From an uncultured Veillonellaceae bacterium (GTDB lineage: Bacteria; Bacillota; Negativicutes; JARBTT01), in NCBI GenBank assembly GCA_963805085.1, contig CAWDTA010000002.1, positions 1,920,001 to 1,984,000 of the forward strand: a stretch of DNA of 64,000 nt. Reading direction: 5' to 3'. The position numbers and the translations under genes were made by a program. Positions 37,793 through 47,894 of the stretch are shown piece after piece; the stretch's first letter is position 1, and each line of letters starts with the position of its first letter. Below the pieces are notes generated by a model. It was not told the DNA's origin. It searched no databases and was given only the letters and a program-made list of their open reading frames with translations.

Positions 37793-39574
37793 ATGAAACA
37801 ACGTGTAGCAGATTATATCGCAGATTTTTTAGTGGAGAAGGGCATAACCGATGTGTTTACGGTTGTTGGTGGAGGGGCCATGCATTTGAATGATGCATTT
37901 GGTCAGCATAGTAAATTGCATTGTATATATAATCATCATGAGCAGGCTTGTGCTATGGCGGCGGAAGGATATACAAAGTTAAGTGGAAATATTGCATTGG
38001 TATGTGTAACGACAGGTCCAGGCGGAACAAATGCTATGACTGGAGTATTGTGTGCATATCAAGATAATATTCCTATGCTTGTAATTTCTGGACAAGTAAG
38101 ATATGCGACAACTGTTGCAAGTACTGGACTTGATTTACGTCAATTTGGTGAACAAGAATATCATATTGTGCGTTCAGTTGAGCCAATGACAAAATATGCA
38201 TACATGGTAACAAATCCAATGGAAATACGGTATCATCTTGAAAAAGCATTGTACCTTGCCAAAAGTGGTCGCCGTGGACCAGTATGGATAGATGTTCCAC
38301 TTGATATTCAGGGGGCAATAATTGAGACGGATAATTTAGAAGGATTTGAGCCGCCAGTTGATTCTTGCCCATATGATGAATATGCACAAGAAATTCTGGC
38401 TAAGTTAAAAACTGCGAAATGTCCTGTTATTTTAGCTGGAGCAGTGATTAGAAGTGCTGATGCCTATGAATCATTTAAAATCTTGATTGAAAAACTGAAT
38501 ATTCCAGTTCTTGCCGCGACTTGTGTTGGTGATATATTGCATAATGATCACCCGCTGTATTTTGGTAATTTTGGCGTTATCGGTGGAAGAACTGGTAATT
38601 TTATGGTGCAAAATGCAGATGCCATTCTAGCATTAGGATGCAGAATGTCTTTTAATCAGATTGGATTTAATTTTAGTGCTTTTGCACCGAATGCATATAA
38701 AATTATTGTTGATGTACATGCGGATGAACTAAAAAAAGAAACGATAAAAATTGACATGCCAATTCATGCTGATATGGAATTCTTAATAAAAACGATGAAC
38801 AAGAAAATTTTGAAGCCATGGGAAAAAATCGATGTTTGGTTTGCCTATGGAACTGAATTATTAAAAAGATATCCTATTTATCAAGAAAAACATAAAACTA
38901 GTGAATTTGTTAATCCATATCATTTTGCCCATGTATTAGGTGAAGTAGTACCGGATGATGGAATTATCGTAGTAGGGAATAGTGGGGTAGGCGGAATGAC
39001 ATTGCAATCTGGTATCAATAAAGAAACGCAAAGACTATTTGGAAATAGAAACTGTGGAACTATGGGATATGATTTACCAGCTGCAATTGGAGCCGCTGTT
39101 GCAAGTAAAAAATCAGTTGTCTGTCTTACCGGTGATGGTAGCTTACAAATGAATTTGCAAGAGCTACAAACCGTAGTGCAAAATAATATTCCAATCAAAT
39201 TAATTGTATTTAATAATTCTGGGTATTTGTGCATTGTTAGAACTCAAACAAATTTTTTCAATGGTAGATTATCTGGTTGTACACCTGAATCTGGACTTAG
39301 TTGCCCTAACATGGAACGAATAGCAAAAGCATATGGCATTCCATATACTTTAATTGAAAATCATGAAAATCTTGATGTAAAATTAAAAGAATTTCTAACG
39401 CAAGACGGTTATGGAATTTGTGAAGTTATGCAAGATACTGAGCAAGCAACGGAACCAAGAACAACAAGTAAGAAACTAGATAATGGCAATATGGTATCTG
39501 CTCCTATTGATGAGTTAGCGCCGCTGCTAAATAAAAAAGAATATGAAAAATATAGATATTTTAATGCAAAATAG
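37793..39574 (+). CDS. ThDP-dependent acetolactate-synthase-like enzyme (YerE-like sugar-branching enzyme)
   Basis: HHEQACAMAAE, TTGPGGTN and GDGSLQMNLQEL; directly after ddhC. Confidence 0.8.
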   Translation: MKQRVADYIADFLVEKGITDVFTVVGGGAMHLNDAFGQHSKLHCIYNHHEQACAMAAEGYTKLSGNIALVCVTTGPGGTNAMTGVLCAYQDNIPMLVISGQVRYATTVASTGLDLRQFGEQEYHIVRSVEPMTKYAYMVTNPMEIRYHLEKALYLAKSGRRGPVWIDVPLDIQGAIIETDNLEGFEPPVDSCPYDEYAQEILAKLKTAKCPVILAGAVIRSADAYESFKILIEKLNIPVLAATCVGDILHNDHPLYFGNFGVIGGRTGNFMVQNADAILALGCRMSFNQIGFNFSAFAPNAYKIIVDVHADELKKETIKIDMPIHADMEFLIKTMNKKILKPWEKIDVWFAYGTELLKRYPIYQEKHKTSEFVNPYHFAHVLGEVVPDDGIIVVGNSGVGGMTLQSGINKETQRLFGNRNCGTMGYDLPAAIGAAVASKKSVVCLTGDGSLQMNLQELQTVVQNNIPIKLIVFNNSGYLCIVRTQTNFFNGRLSGCTPESGLSCPNMERIAKAYGIPYTLIENHENLDVKLKEFLTQDGYGICEVMQDTEQATEPRTTSKKLDNGNMVSAPIDELAPLLNKKEYEKYRYFNAK

Positions 39575-39601
39575 TAGTTTATTTGATTGAGGGGAATTCT
39601 A

Positions 39602-40609
39602 ATGGAACAATATAAAAAAATATTGGTTACAGGTGCTGATGGCTTTATTGGATCGCATCTTACCGAAGAACTAGTACGACAGGGTGAGAATGTTAAAGCA
39701 TTTGTGCAATATAATTCTTTTAATACGTGGGGCTGGCTAGATGAAAGCAATGCAGATATCAAAAATAGTCTAGAATTTTTTGCTGGTGATATTCGTGATC
39801 CTTATGGTGTAAAAACGGCAATGAGAGATTGTGATTTGGTATTACATTTGGCAGCATTGATTGCCATTCCATATTCGTATCATTCGCCAGATACATATAT
39901 TGATACGAATGTTAAAGGTTCCCTTAATATTGTGCAAGCTGCAAGGGAGTTAGGGGTGCAAAAGGTAGTACATACATCAACAAGTGAGGTTTATGGAACA
40001 GCACGCTTTGTGCCAATAACAGAGGAACATCCATTAAAAGGACAATCACCTTATTCAGCAAGTAAAATTGGAGCAGACCAAATTGCAATGTCATTTTATA
40101 ATGCATTTAGCACGCCAGTAGCAATTATCAGGCCGTTTAATACTTATGGACCAAGACAATCAGCGCGGGCAGTGATACCAACTATTATCACACAAATTGC
40201 GAATGGTAAAAGAAAAATAAAATTAGGTTCTTTATCACCAACACGTGATTTCAATTATGTTAAAGATACTGTAAGTGGTTTTATTGCCATTGCGAAGTCT
40301 GATCAATCCGTGGGCGAAGTGATAAATATTGGCAGTAACTATGAAATATCAATTGGTGATACAGTAAAACTCATTGCAGAATTAATGAACGTAGATATAG
40401 AAATTGAAACAGAAGAAATTAGAATACGTCCAGAGAAAAGTGAGGTCGAAAGACTTTGGGCTGACAATCAAAAGGCAAAACGTTTGACTGGATGGGATCC
40501 TTCTTATGGAAATAGAGACGGTTTTAAACGTGGATTATTAGAAACTATTGAATGGTTTACGAATAAAGAAAATTTAAAAAAATACAAATGTGATGTATAT
40601 AATATATAA
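39602..40609 (+). CDS. legB: NDP-GlcNAc 4,6-dehydratase (LegB-like)
   Basis: GADGFIGSHL, LAALIAIPYSY, TSTSEVYG, PYSASK, RPFNTYGPRQSARA. Confidence 0.88.
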   Translation: MEQYKKILVTGADGFIGSHLTEELVRQGENVKAFVQYNSFNTWGWLDESNADIKNSLEFFAGDIRDPYGVKTAMRDCDLVLHLAALIAIPYSYHSPDTYIDTNVKGSLNIVQAARELGVQKVVHTSTSEVYGTARFVPITEEHPLKGQSPYSASKIGADQIAMSFYNAFSTPVAIIRPFNTYGPRQSARAVIPTIITQIANGKRKIKLGSLSPTRDFNYVKDTVSGFIAIAKSDQSVGEVINIGSNYEISIGDTVKLIAELMNVDIEIETEEIRIRPEKSEVERLWADNQKAKRLTGWDPSYGNRDGFKRGLLETIEWFTNKENLKKYKCDVYNI

Positions 40610-40650
40610 ATCATTCACTCAATTATCGGTGGAATTGAGTGAATGATTTA
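40607..40650. terminator. Intergenic hairpin
   Basis: taaatcattcactcaatt...aattgagtgaatgattta. Confidence 0.55.
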
Positions 40651-40724
40651 TAGTGGTAAGCTTTACTACTTAAGTTGTTTTAGATAAAATACCAAATCTA
40701 AATATAAGGTAGATGAAGTGATAT

Positions 40725-41909
40725 ATGATTAAAGTTACTAATAATAAATTAAATATTAGTGAAATTGTAGCTGGTATAAAAGCTGCTTCCCAGAATACGA
40801 ATAACTTTGTTCCACTTCATGAGCCTCTATTTAATGGAAATGAATGGATATATGTGAAAGAATGCATTGATACAGGCTGGGTTTCTTCTGTTGGTAAATA
40901 TGTTGATTTATTTGAAGAAAAATTAGCTGAATATACAGGGGCAAAACGAGCTGTAGCCGTAGTGAATGGGACTTCAGCATTACATATGTCATTAATATTA
41001 GCAGATGTGAGAGAAAATGATGAAGTTCTAGTACCAGCGTTAACCTTTATTGCGACTGCTAATGCTGTTACTTATTGCAATGCAGTGCCACATTTTGTTG
41101 ATAGTGATATGAACACATTAGGTATGGATGCGAAATCGTTGGATGTTTATTTGTCAGATATAGCAGAAATACATAATGATGAATGTTACAATAGGCAAAC
41201 TGGTAGACGGATTTCAGCAGTTGTTCCAATGCATACATTTGGGCATTCAATTGATTTAGATGAAATGGTTCGGGTATGTGAGAAATTTCATCTAGTCTTG
41301 GTAGAAGACGCTGCGGAGTCCATAGGTTCTTTCTATAAGGGAAAACATACAGGTAATTGGGGGAAAGTTGCAGCATTTAGTTTTAATGGGAATAAAACCA
41401 TTACTACTGGTGGTGGAGGTGCTATCTTAACCAATGATGAGGAACTTGGAAACTTAGCAAAGTATATGACAACGCAGGCAAAAGTTCCACATAAATGGGA
41501 ATTCAAACATGATATGATTGGTTATAATTTTCGTATGCCAAATATCAATGCGGCATTAGGCTGTGCGCAGCTTGAACAATTGCCAGAATTTGTGGAACAC
41601 AAACGCAATCTTGCAAAAAAATATGAAGAAATTCTAACTGATGTAGAAGGGATTACTTTCTTTAAGGAGCCCGCTTTTTCAAAAAGCAATTATTGGCTAA
41701 ATGCAATTTTGTTAGATGAAGAGTATAGTCATCAACGTGATGAAGTTTTAACGATATTAAATGAGCAGGGGATTATGGCTAGACCTGTATGGAATTTGCT
41801 TTATACCATGCCGATGTTTGCAAAATGTCCCAAGATGGAATGCGGTGTGGCAGAAAACATTGCGAAAAGATTAATTAATATACCAAGTAGTGTAGGGTTA
41901 GACAAATGA
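40725..41909 (+). CDS. legC: LegC-family PLP aminotransferase
   Basis: PLHEP, GWVSSVG, EDAAESIG, FSFNGNKTITTGGGG, GYNFRMPN. Confidence 0.9.
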   Translation: MIKVTNNKLNISEIVAGIKAASQNTNNFVPLHEPLFNGNEWIYVKECIDTGWVSSVGKYVDLFEEKLAEYTGAKRAVAVVNGTSALHMSLILADVRENDEVLVPALTFIATANAVTYCNAVPHFVDSDMNTLGMDAKSLDVYLSDIAEIHNDECYNRQTGRRISAVVPMHTFGHSIDLDEMVRVCEKFHLVLVEDAAESIGSFYKGKHTGNWGKVAAFSFNGNKTITTGGGGAILTNDEELGNLAKYMTTQAKVPHKWEFKHDMIGYNFRMPNINAALGCAQLEQLPEFVEHKRNLAKKYEEILTDVEGITFFKEPAFSKSNYWLNAILLDEEYSHQRDEVLTILNEQGIMARPVWNLLYTMPMFAKCPKMECGVAENIAKRLINIPSSVGLDK

Positions 41910-43066
41910 GCAAGCGTAAAATTTGTGTAGTCACTGGAACCAGAGCAGAATATGGACTAATATATTGGTTATTGCGGGAAATTGGGTCTGATGAGGAATT
42001 GCATTTACAAATCATTGTAACTGGTATGCACCTATCCCCAGACTTTGGACTTACTTACAAAATAATTGAGCAAGATGGATTTCATATTGATGCTAAAGTT
42101 GAGATGCTATTATCCAGCGATACCCCAATAGGAATAACCAAGTCAATTGGCTTAGGCGTGATTGGTTTTGCCGATGCCTTAGATCGATTAAAACCAGATA
42201 TTATGGTGGTACTAGGAGACCGTTATGAAACCTTTGCAGCAGCACAGGCTGCGATGGTTCATAATATTCCTATTGCACATATTCATGGTGGCGAAACAAC
42301 GGAAGGTGTAATTGATGAAGCGATACGCCATTCGATCACGAAAATGGCACAGCTTCATTTTGTAAGTGCTGAACCGTACAGAAAAAGAGTGATTCAATTA
42401 GGTGAACATCCAGACAGAGTTTTTAATTTTGGTGCGCCTGGAATTGATAATATTATAAAATTAAAGTTATTAAATCAAGAAGATTTGGAGTCTAGTATTG
42501 ATTTTACGCTTGGTGATAAGTTCTTTTTAGTTACTTATCATCCCGTTACGATGTCTTTTAATACAGCAAAAACAGCAATGGAAAATTTATTGCAAGCATT
42601 AGATCATTATCCAGAATATAGAATTTTATTTACCAAGCCTAATTCAGATACAGGCGGCCATATTATTAGTAAATTGATAGATGAATATGTTAATAGCCGC
42701 CCTAATAGAGCTTCTGCTTGTACATCATTAGGGCAAGTTCGATATTTAAGTGCGATGAGACTGTGCTCAGCAGTTATCGGTAATTCATCAAGTGGAATTA
42801 TAGAAGCACCTGTTTTTAATAAACCTACAATAAATATTGGTAATAGACAAAAAGGTAGAATCAGAGTAGAAACAATTATAGATTGTGGCGAAAAAGAAAA
42901 TGAAATAGTATCAGGTATTAAAAGAGCATTGTCTGATGGGTTTAGAGAAAAGATAATTAGATTAAAGGCTTTAAAGTACGATGGAAATATTTCAGTAAGA
43001 ATTAAACAGGTTTTAAAAAATACTGAATTACATGATATTTTAGTAAAACAATTTTATGACTTGTAG
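41906..43066 (+). CDS. neuC: Hydrolysing NDP-GlcNAc/bacillosamine 2-epimerase (NeuC/LegG)
   Basis: TGTRAEYG, LGDRYE, HIHGGE, GNSSSG, IGNRQKGR. Confidence 0.92.
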   Translation: MSKRKICVVTGTRAEYGLIYWLLREIGSDEELHLQIIVTGMHLSPDFGLTYKIIEQDGFHIDAKVEMLLSSDTPIGITKSIGLGVIGFADALDRLKPDIMVVLGDRYETFAAAQAAMVHNIPIAHIHGGETTEGVIDEAIRHSITKMAQLHFVSAEPYRKRVIQLGEHPDRVFNFGAPGIDNIIKLKLLNQEDLESSIDFTLGDKFFLVTYHPVTMSFNTAKTAMENLLQALDHYPEYRILFTKPNSDTGGHIISKLIDEYVNSRPNRASACTSLGQVRYLSAMRLCSAVIGNSSSGIIEAPVFNKPTINIGNRQKGRIRVETIIDCGEKENEIVSGIKRALSDGFREKIIRLKALKYDGNISVRIKQVLKNTELHDILVKQFYDL

Positions 43067-43083
43067 AAAATAGGTGATGTAGT

Positions 43084-44163
43084 TTGCTGAAAAATAATGG
43101 AGTGTATATCATAGCTGAGGCTGGTGTAAACCATAATGGATCATTAACACGAGCAAAAGAAATGATTGTGTTAGCCGCTAAAGCTGGTGCGGATGCAATA
43201 AAGTTTCAGACTTTTAAAGCAGATAATTTAGTAAGTAAAAATGCGCCTAAAGCAGAATATCAGTTGCATACTACAAATTCTGAAGAATCACAATACCAAA
43301 TGCTAAAGAGACTAGAATTAGACTATCAGGCATATCTGGAACTTGTTGATTGTGCAAAAAAAAATAATATAGAATTTTTATCTACACCGTTTGATATGGA
43401 AAGTGTAGATTTATTAATAAATAAATGTAAGGTTGATAAGATTAAAATTTCTTCAGGTGAAATTACGAATGCTCTGTTAATCTTAAAAATCGCTAAAACA
43501 GGAAGACCTGTTATCTTATCGACAGGTATGACCTTATTGGGAGAAATTGAATTAGCATTAGGTGTTCTTGCATTTGGGTATTTAAACATAGAAGGCATTC
43601 CGTCTGTCAATGCTTTTTTATCCGCCTATAGCTCTTTGGAAGGTCAAACTATTTTGAAGAATAAAGTGACATTATTGCATTGTACAACTGAGTACCCAGC
43701 ACCGATTAATGAAGTGAATTTAAAAAGTATAGATACAATAAAAAATGTGTTTCATCTACCAGTGGGATATTCTGACCACACGGAGGGGATTGCTATTTCA
43801 TTGGCGGCAGTCGCACGTGGTGCCGTAGTTATAGAAAAACATTTTACTTTAAATAAAAAATTGCCTGGCCCAGATCATCAAGCTTCTTTAGAGCCAGAAG
43901 AATTGAATGTTATGGTAAAGGGAATTCGCCAAATAGAATTGGCTCTCGGAAATGGTATGAAATTACCAACCGAAACAGAAGTTAAAAATAAATTTGTTGC
44001 TAGAAAAAGTTTAGTTGCGGGGCGAAAAATAAAAAAAGGTGAAATTTTTACTGAAAATAATTTAACAGTAAAAAGACCCGGTGATGGAATATCGCCAAGT
44101 TATTATTGGAATTGGTTGGGGAAAATAGCTCAAAAAGATTATGATCAAGATGAAAAGGTGTAA
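43084..44163 (+). CDS. neuB: Nonulosonic acid synthase (NeuB/LegI)
   Basis: IIAEAGVNHNG, KFQTF, LHCTTEYP, GYSDHT, IEKHFT and C-terminal SAF domain. Confidence 0.93.
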   Translation: MLKNNGVYIIAEAGVNHNGSLTRAKEMIVLAAKAGADAIKFQTFKADNLVSKNAPKAEYQLHTTNSEESQYQMLKRLELDYQAYLELVDCAKKNNIEFLSTPFDMESVDLLINKCKVDKIKISSGEITNALLILKIAKTGRPVILSTGMTLLGEIELALGVLAFGYLNIEGIPSVNAFLSAYSSLEGQTILKNKVTLLHCTTEYPAPINEVNLKSIDTIKNVFHLPVGYSDHTEGIAISLAAVARGAVVIEKHFTLNKKLPGPDHQASLEPEELNVMVKGIRQIELALGNGMKLPTETEVKNKFVARKSLVAGRKIKKGEIFTENNLTVKRPGDGISPSYYWNWLGKIAQKDYDQDEKV

Positions 44164-44165
44164 TT

Positions 44166-44834
44166 ATGATATTTGATAGACCAATTATTGTAATAGGTGC
44201 AGGCGGGCATTCTAAGGTTTTGCTTGATATTCTTTTACAACAAAATGCACGAATAATTGGAATTGTTGAAGATGATTTTAATAAATTTGATAATCAAATA
44301 TTGGGTGTTAAAATCGTTGGTAATGATGATTATATTTTAAATTATGCGCCTAAAAATATTTATTTAGTTAATGCCGTTGGTTCTGCTGGTTCAATGAATT
44401 TGCGAAAGAAAATTTTCTTGAATTTCAAACAAAAAGGATATGAATTCGCTAGAGTTATTCATCCAACAGCAATTATTGGGCAGACAGTAAATATTCAAGA
44501 AGGTGTACAAGTGATGGCTGGTGCGATTATCCAAATAGGTTCAAGTATTGGAATCAATAGTATAGTAAATACAAAAGCTTCAGTGGATCATGATTGTAAG
44601 ATAAAGGAACATGTACATATTTCACCAGGAACCATTATTTGTGGTAATTGTACAGTTGGTAGTTGCACGCATGTTGGAGCAGGTACGACAATTATACAAA
44701 ATATAAATATTGGTGAAGAAGTTTTAATTGGAGCAGGTTCAGTTGTTGTGAAAGATATACCAGCAAAAGTCAAAGCTTTTGGAGTTCCAGCGAAATCCAT
44801 CGGTAGTATGTCAAAGGTAAAAAAAGAGAAATAA
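44166..44834 (+). CDS. NeuD/PglD-family sugar acetyltransferase
   Basis: IGAGGH N-terminal domain, hexapeptide repeats, VDHDC, GVPAK. Confidence 0.9.
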   Translation: MIFDRPIIVIGAGGHSKVLLDILLQQNARIIGIVEDDFNKFDNQILGVKIVGNDDYILNYAPKNIYLVNAVGSAGSMNLRKKIFLNFKQKGYEFARVIHPTAIIGQTVNIQEGVQVMAGAIIQIGSSIGINSIVNTKASVDHDCKIKEHVHISPGTIICGNCTVGSCTHVGAGTTIIQNINIGEEVLIGAGSVVVKDIPAKVKAFGVPAKSIGSMSKVKKEK

Positions 44835-44849
44835 CGGTAAATCATCAAA

Positions 44850-45231
44850 AAGCGTTTAAAGCAATGATGACAGAAATAGCGACGTTTTCTAAAGAGCAGA
44901 TTGAGATTAGATGAAGGAATAGGAATATCCTTTATATAGGTTGAATACGATAATCGTGAATAGTTGAAGTAGAAGAATTGTAAGCAGGACATACATGAGG
45001 CTTTAGAGGAAGTTGAATGATGATAGAATTAGGTTGAGGATTTTTAGGAGTAAAAATAGAAATATTTTTTTAATTAAATAAAAGTTCGATATAATGATTT
45101 GTATAAAGCATAAAGTGAAAACCTCCTTAGATTTTGTGTAGCAACTTTATTTTAAAGGAAAATTCACGTTATGCTTTTTTTTATGTTGAGAAAACAGCTT
45201 TGCTGATTACTTCAACATTTATTATAGAACC
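44850..45231 (-). mobile_element. ISL3-family remnant (end plus degenerate transposase N-terminus)
   Basis: End GGTTCTATAATAAATG at 45231; AAGGAGG RBS; broken frame reading PHVCP..TIHDYRIQ/IKDIP..RKRRYFCHHCFKRF (zf-ISL3) with a stop and a frameshift. Confidence 0.8.
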
Positions 45232-45362
45232 CAATAATGAGTTCTACAGGAAAGGAAAAGAGCTTTTAACTGATTGACTTGAAGCAGTTATATCATGGGT
45301 ATGACCAGCTCGATTAACTATTCAATGAGTTCAATAGTTGAACTTAAATATATTATACGAGG

Positions 45363-46409
45363 ATGTGCAAGATGAAAAATTGGGAGATTTGCAAAATTCA
45401 GTATAATAAATCTATTTTAGAGGCTGTAAAAATTATAGATACTGGTGGGGCAAAGATTGCTTTAGTTGTAGATGAAGATGATAAATTACTTGGGACTATT
45501 ACTGATTATGATGTTAGGCAAGCTATCTTAAAATGGCATGATTTAAATCAAAGTGTAAAAAGCATTATGAATAGTACTCCAAAATTGGCACATCATTTTT
45601 GTTCAGATCAAGAGATATTAGCAGAAATGAAATCTCAAAATATAAGGCAAATTCCTATTATTAATGATAATGGGGTTTTAGTTGGTCTTAAATTGTTGAG
45701 TGATTTTTCCGTTGGGGCTATAAGAAGGTCTAATCCAGTAGTTATTATGGCTGGAGGTCTTGGAAGTAGGCTTAGACCGTTAACGGATCATTGCCCAAAA
45801 CCATTACTGAAAATAGGCAATAAGCCGATTTTAGAAATTATATTGGAAAGTTTTATCGAAGCAGATTTCTATAAATTTTATATTTCTGTTAATTATAAAG
45901 CAGAAATGATAAAACAATATTTTGGTAATGGTTTTAAATATGGTGTGGAGATTAATTATTTAGAAGAAAATCAACATCTAGGTACAGCTGGAGCGCTTAG
46001 TCTATTGCCATCTCAAATAAAAGAATCTGTAATTGTTATGAACGGTGATTTATTAACCAAAGTTAGTTTTCATCAATTATTAGATTTTCACACAAACAAT
46101 AAATCTTTAGCCACAATGTGCGTCCGAGAATATACTTATCAAATTCCGTATGGTGTTATTAATTTTGATAATTGGAAAATTACAGAGTTAAAAGAAAAAC
46201 CCGTTTACGCGGCTTTCGTCAATGCTGGCATATATGTATTAGAACCAGAAGTAATAACAGCAATAAAGAAGGAGCAATACTTTGATATGACGGACTTATT
46301 CAGTGAGGTTATGTCGAAAAATGGAAATGCATTAATATTTCCTATTCGTGAATATTGGTTAGATGTAGGGCGAATAGAAGAGTTCGAAAAAGCCCAGTGT
46401 GAATTTTAA
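45363..46409 (+). CDS. CBS-domain nucleotidyltransferase (PtmE-like)
   Basis: Tandem CBS domains, then MAGGLGSRLRPLT..PKPL, LGTAGAL, MNGDLL, WLDVG. Confidence 0.9.
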   Translation: MCKMKNWEICKIQYNKSILEAVKIIDTGGAKIALVVDEDDKLLGTITDYDVRQAILKWHDLNQSVKSIMNSTPKLAHHFCSDQEILAEMKSQNIRQIPIINDNGVLVGLKLLSDFSVGAIRRSNPVVIMAGGLGSRLRPLTDHCPKPLLKIGNKPILEIILESFIEADFYKFYISVNYKAEMIKQYFGNGFKYGVEINYLEENQHLGTAGALSLLPSQIKESVIVMNGDLLTKVSFHQLLDFHTNNKSLATMCVREYTYQIPYGVINFDNWKITELKEKPVYAAFVNAGIYVLEPEVITAIKKEQYFDMTDLFSEVMSKNGNALIFPIREYWLDVGRIEEFEKAQCEF

Positions 46410-46584
46410 CTGTTTGTTTTATATAGATCATCTAAATAATTATTTAACACCAACCAAGGTCAGAGAAAATTGACCTTAAATTTTTTTGTGCGGAAAAGTG
46501 TTGCCCGAAATACTTGACCATTACAGGGGTAAGTTCTAGCATATTCAGAAAGCTGTATTAAAATTATCCAATATAGGAGATTGG

Positions 46585-46797
46585 TTGGAGCGGATAAAGA
46601 ATAAAGTTTTGCATACATTTATTATAGTTGAATATACATTAAATAATAAACTAGATTACGAAGTTGTAACCAAAGCTTTAAATCAATTGGGTCACCAAGT
46701 TATTATTATAGAGTTGCTTTCATGTCCAATTGATAGTCATGCAAATATAAAGAGTAGATTACCTCTATTGACATTGAAAATATCGAAGAAAAAATGA
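46585..46797 (+). pseudogene. Short ORF, possibly a degraded gene fragment
   Basis: TTG start after AGGAG; 70 aa in an otherwise empty 540-bp gap; LNQLGHQV resembles GT-B N-termini. Confidence 0.3.
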
Positions 46798-46953
46798 CGT
46801 GAAAAATTTTCAATCAATAGAATTTTCAAAAGCGGGTCAAGAGGAGGTAACTTTGGATTTTAGCGAATTTGAAGTAAGAGATATTTATAGGGCTATACAA
46901 TTTTTGAAAAAATAACAGATTTATAAGGGGAAGGTCAAGGAAGGATATTACAT

Positions 46954-47886
46954 ATGTTAGTAAGTACAAAGAAATTTAAAAATGTAATTGTGACCGGTGG
47001 AAGTGGTTTTGTTGGATATTATTTTATAATGGAATTATTAGCACAAGGGGCATATGTATATGCAATTATGAGACCTAATTCTAGACATAAACCACGTTTA
47101 ATTGGGTTAGAAAGTGTGCAAGTTATTGAAAGCGATTTAGAGCAAATTTTAGAATTACCCACAATATTAAAGGAATCTTGTGATATATTTTATCATTTGG
47201 GGTGGGAATGTGCTCAAAGAGATTTTTATTCACAGAATTTAAATATTCAATGGACAATCAATGCTGTAGAAGTTGCTAAAAAAATGGGGTGTAGGCGTTT
47301 TGTTGGCATTGGATCACAGGCTGAATATGGGATATGTTTAGAAAAAATAACTGAAGAAACAAATCCTAAGCCGTTTACTCCATATGGAGCAGCTAAGTTA
47401 GCTGCTTGTCATTTGTCAAAAATTAGAGCTAACGAATTAAAAATAGAGTGGATATGGGGAAGGCTATTTAGTGTGTATGGACCATATGATGGAGCGAATA
47501 CTTTGATTTCGTACTTAATAGAATGCTTAACAAAGGGAGAAAAACCAGAAGTTACAAATGCATCGCATTTATGGGATTATCTTTATGTGACAGATGCAGC
47601 AAAAGCTTTGTGTAAATTAGCTGATACAGAGCATGTAGATGAAATATATAATATTGCCAATGGGGATGTATATCCTTTAAAAAGTTTTATTGAACAAATC
47701 AAGGGCTGGATTGCGCCAGACCAAGAAATTGTATATGGAAAAAATCCACGAATTATTACTCCTTTGAATGTTTCCGTAGAAAAAATCTGGAACCATACTG
47801 GATGGAAAGCTGAAATTTCTTTCAAAGAAGGCATAAAGAATATAAGAGAAAATAATTACAAATTGAATCTTTGGAAAGAAAAATAG
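46954..47886 (+). CDS. NAD-dependent sugar epimerase/reductase (extended SDR)
   Basis: TGGSGFVG, GSQAEYG, YGAAK, RLFSVYGP. Confidence 0.88.
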   Translation: MLVSTKKFKNVIVTGGSGFVGYYFIMELLAQGAYVYAIMRPNSRHKPRLIGLESVQVIESDLEQILELPTILKESCDIFYHLGWECAQRDFYSQNLNIQWTINAVEVAKKMGCRRFVGIGSQAEYGICLEKITEETNPKPFTPYGAAKLAACHLSKIRANELKIEWIWGRLFSVYGPYDGANTLISYLIECLTKGEKPEVTNASHLWDYLYVTDAAKALCKLADTEHVDEIYNIANGDVYPLKSFIEQIKGWIAPDQEIVYGKNPRIITPLNVSVEKIWNHTGWKAEISFKEGIKNIRENNYKLNLWKEK

Positions 47887-47894
47887 GTGAGTAT

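Noticed and set aside
44588-44992. 134-aa minus-strand ORF
   Set aside because: Chimera of the ISL3 remnant frame and antisense neuD sequence.
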